The notes under the pieces are model-generated. The model was not told the origin of the DNA. It did not search any database and saw nothing but the letters and a program-made list of their open reading frames with translations. This document shows, piece by piece, positions 63,351 to 64,000 of a stretch of 64,000 nt of DNA. Positions within the stretch are counted from its first letter, which is position 1, and every line of letters starts with the position of its first letter. Origin of the DNA: Camelus dromedarius (lineage: Eukaryota). Position numbers and translations under genes: made by a program. The DNA is taken from the NCBI RefSeq assembly GCF_036321535.1, contig NC_087436.1, positions 89,778,001 to 89,842,000 of the forward strand, read 5' to 3'.

Positions 63351-63701
63351 TGAATCTCATTTCCTCTAAAGAAAGCATGGCGTTTCTCACTTGCAAATAA
63401 TGGTGCAGATGCTCACGTATTCTCTCACTTATTCATTAGGTTGTTTACTCATTCATTGATTCATTCATTCTTTCATTTATTCCTCAAGAAGTTCCTGAAA
63501 GATTATATACACCTGGTCTGTGCTAGACACTTGGAAGGTAAAGATGATTAAGGTGAGGCTCACAGGCATGAGATAGAAAGTTAATAAATAAGTTTAACAT
63601 GATATTCTAGGTTTCAGGTTAAATGCCTGTGCTAAGTTCAGCAGGAGCTCAAAAGGATGATGTGAACAATTTTATCTGGACAGATAAAAAATAGTTTATA
63701 G

Positions 63702-64000
63702 TGTTGCAGCAAAGTGTGTTACAGCTCAGTGTTATAGCTCAGTTGTGACAGCAACCTGGATTGGGGGAGAGACCAAGCAGCACTTGGAGGGTTGGAGAAC
63801 TCAGGTTTATTATGCCAGCGGGCCCAGAGGAGTTAACATTCCAAGCTCTGGACCCCATCTGTATGTTTACATAGACTTTTATAGGCTACCAATCTAGACT
63901 TTGCAACACTTTATAACATCATATGCAAATAAGTCACATAGACAAAGGTGACTAATTGAGAAAAAGCTTTGTAGAAATGGACCAATCAGGAGTGAGGGAA
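63702..64000 (-). mobile_element. ERV-type LTR running off the window end
   Basis: TGTT terminus; reverse poly(A) signal tttatt near 63807; 'gagagaccaagcagcac' U5-like segment. Confidence 0.7.

Noticed and set aside
1..64000. CRISPR array, operon or other prokaryotic/viral system
   Set aside because: Mammalian repeat landscape; no repeat-spacer arrays and no gene-dense coding sequence.

Overview
AT-rich, CpG-poor eutherian mammal genomic DNA, most likely from a camelid (Vic-1-type tRNA-derived SINE; camelid/cetartiodactyl-type L1 3' ends). The window looks like intronic or intergenic sequence. It is dense in old repeats (MIR, L2, L1M, MaLR/ERVL LTRs, hAT-Charlie and Tigger MITEs), with a few younger insertions that still show target-site duplications (TSDs). 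There is no complete gene, and nearly all ORF-track entries are chance or repeat-derived. The best genic signals are a 32-nt internal exon candidate on + (55080-55111) and a Kozak-ATG plus splice-donor segment on - (48092-48170); I could not name a gene for either. The most unusual structures are a TSD-bounded L1 that keeps its 5' end but stops early in ORF2, a 267-codon ORF antisense to that L1's 5'UTR, and a perfect 23-bp nested palindrome in a CpG-retaining unique segment. I found no convincing evidence of a new biological system. Repeat family names come from recalled consensus similarity, and boundaries without a TSD are approximate; both need RepeatMasker/Dfam confirmation.
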